In this document: positions 15,333-15,578 of the stretch, one piece after another
Layout: each line of letters starts with the position of its first letter
Position numbering within the stretch: the stretch's first letter is position 1
DNA from: Abditibacteriaceae bacterium
GTDB taxonomy: Bacteria > Armatimonadota > Abditibacteriia > Abditibacteriales > Abditibacteriaceae
NCBI GenBank assembly: GCA_031425655.1
Contig: JANPJS010000152.1
Coordinates: forward strand, 1 to 15,578
DNA length: 15,578 bases
Direction of reading: 5' to 3'
Program-made: the position numbers and the translations under genes
Notes under the pieces: model-generated
Told to the model about the DNA's origin: nothing
The model's database searches: none
The model's input: only the letters and a program-made list of their open reading frames with translations

Positions 15333-15532
15333 TAACCCAAGTTGCTACCTATGGGAGTGCGAAGAGCGACTTCGTCGCTCCCGCCCCCACCCAGCCTCCC
15401 CCGGAGGGGGAGGAGCCGCGTTTTCTCAAGGATTTTCGCCCCGGAGAGCGCACTCCTCCCCCTCCGGGGGAGGTTGGGTGGGGGCAAAGTGCGGCTCCAT
15501 TATCCATCTTCAATAGGTAGCAAGTTGGGTTA
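15333..15532. mobile_element. 200-bp MITE-like element enclosing a REP-like inverted pair
   Basis: Outer 20-bp IR with 1 mismatch (15333-15352 / 15513-15532), TA at both ends. Inner 33-bp IR with 1 mismatch (15383-15415 / 15453-15485). Extra hairpin GAGCGAC-ttc-GTCGCTC (15364-15380). Confidence 0.75.
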
Positions 15533-15578
15533 TTATATGCTGATTTTGAATGCGCACGTTTTTCGCGGTTTCAATGGC

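Noticed and set aside
10297..15516. Numerous antisense and alternate-frame ORFs over the three large genes and the MITE
   Set aside because: These are shadow ORFs expected in GC-rich coding DNA; they show no motifs or RBS support.

Overview
The window has two parts. Right (about 10375-15578): ordinary chromosomal genes, all on the minus strand (Nramp-like transporter, PQQ-type beta-propeller protein, secreted alpha/beta hydrolase), separated by palindromic REP/MITE-type repeats. These are followed by a tRNA-Val(TAC)/tRNA-Asp(GTC) pair with a sigma70-like promoter and an intrinsic terminator. Left (1-about 9935): a genomic island apparently integrated at the 3' end of tRNA-Asp. It carries an intact tyrosine integrase, two orphan clusters of inverted 8-9 bp-period repeats (iteron/ori-like) and mixed cargo: truncated GrpB, DUF2809, a macro domain, a Spy/CpxP-like protein, exonuclease III and membrane proteins. 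At the far left is a defence-island-like block of two PD-(D/E)XK-type nucleases and an ImmA/IrrE metallopeptidase + class III nucleotidyl-cyclase-like gene pair. An IS3-family element has split the peptidase inside its HExxH motif. The best candidate for an undescribed system is the peptidase-cyclase module with the adjacent nucleases. All family assignments are from motif recognition by eye; no database search was run. The other island boundary is not visible in this window.
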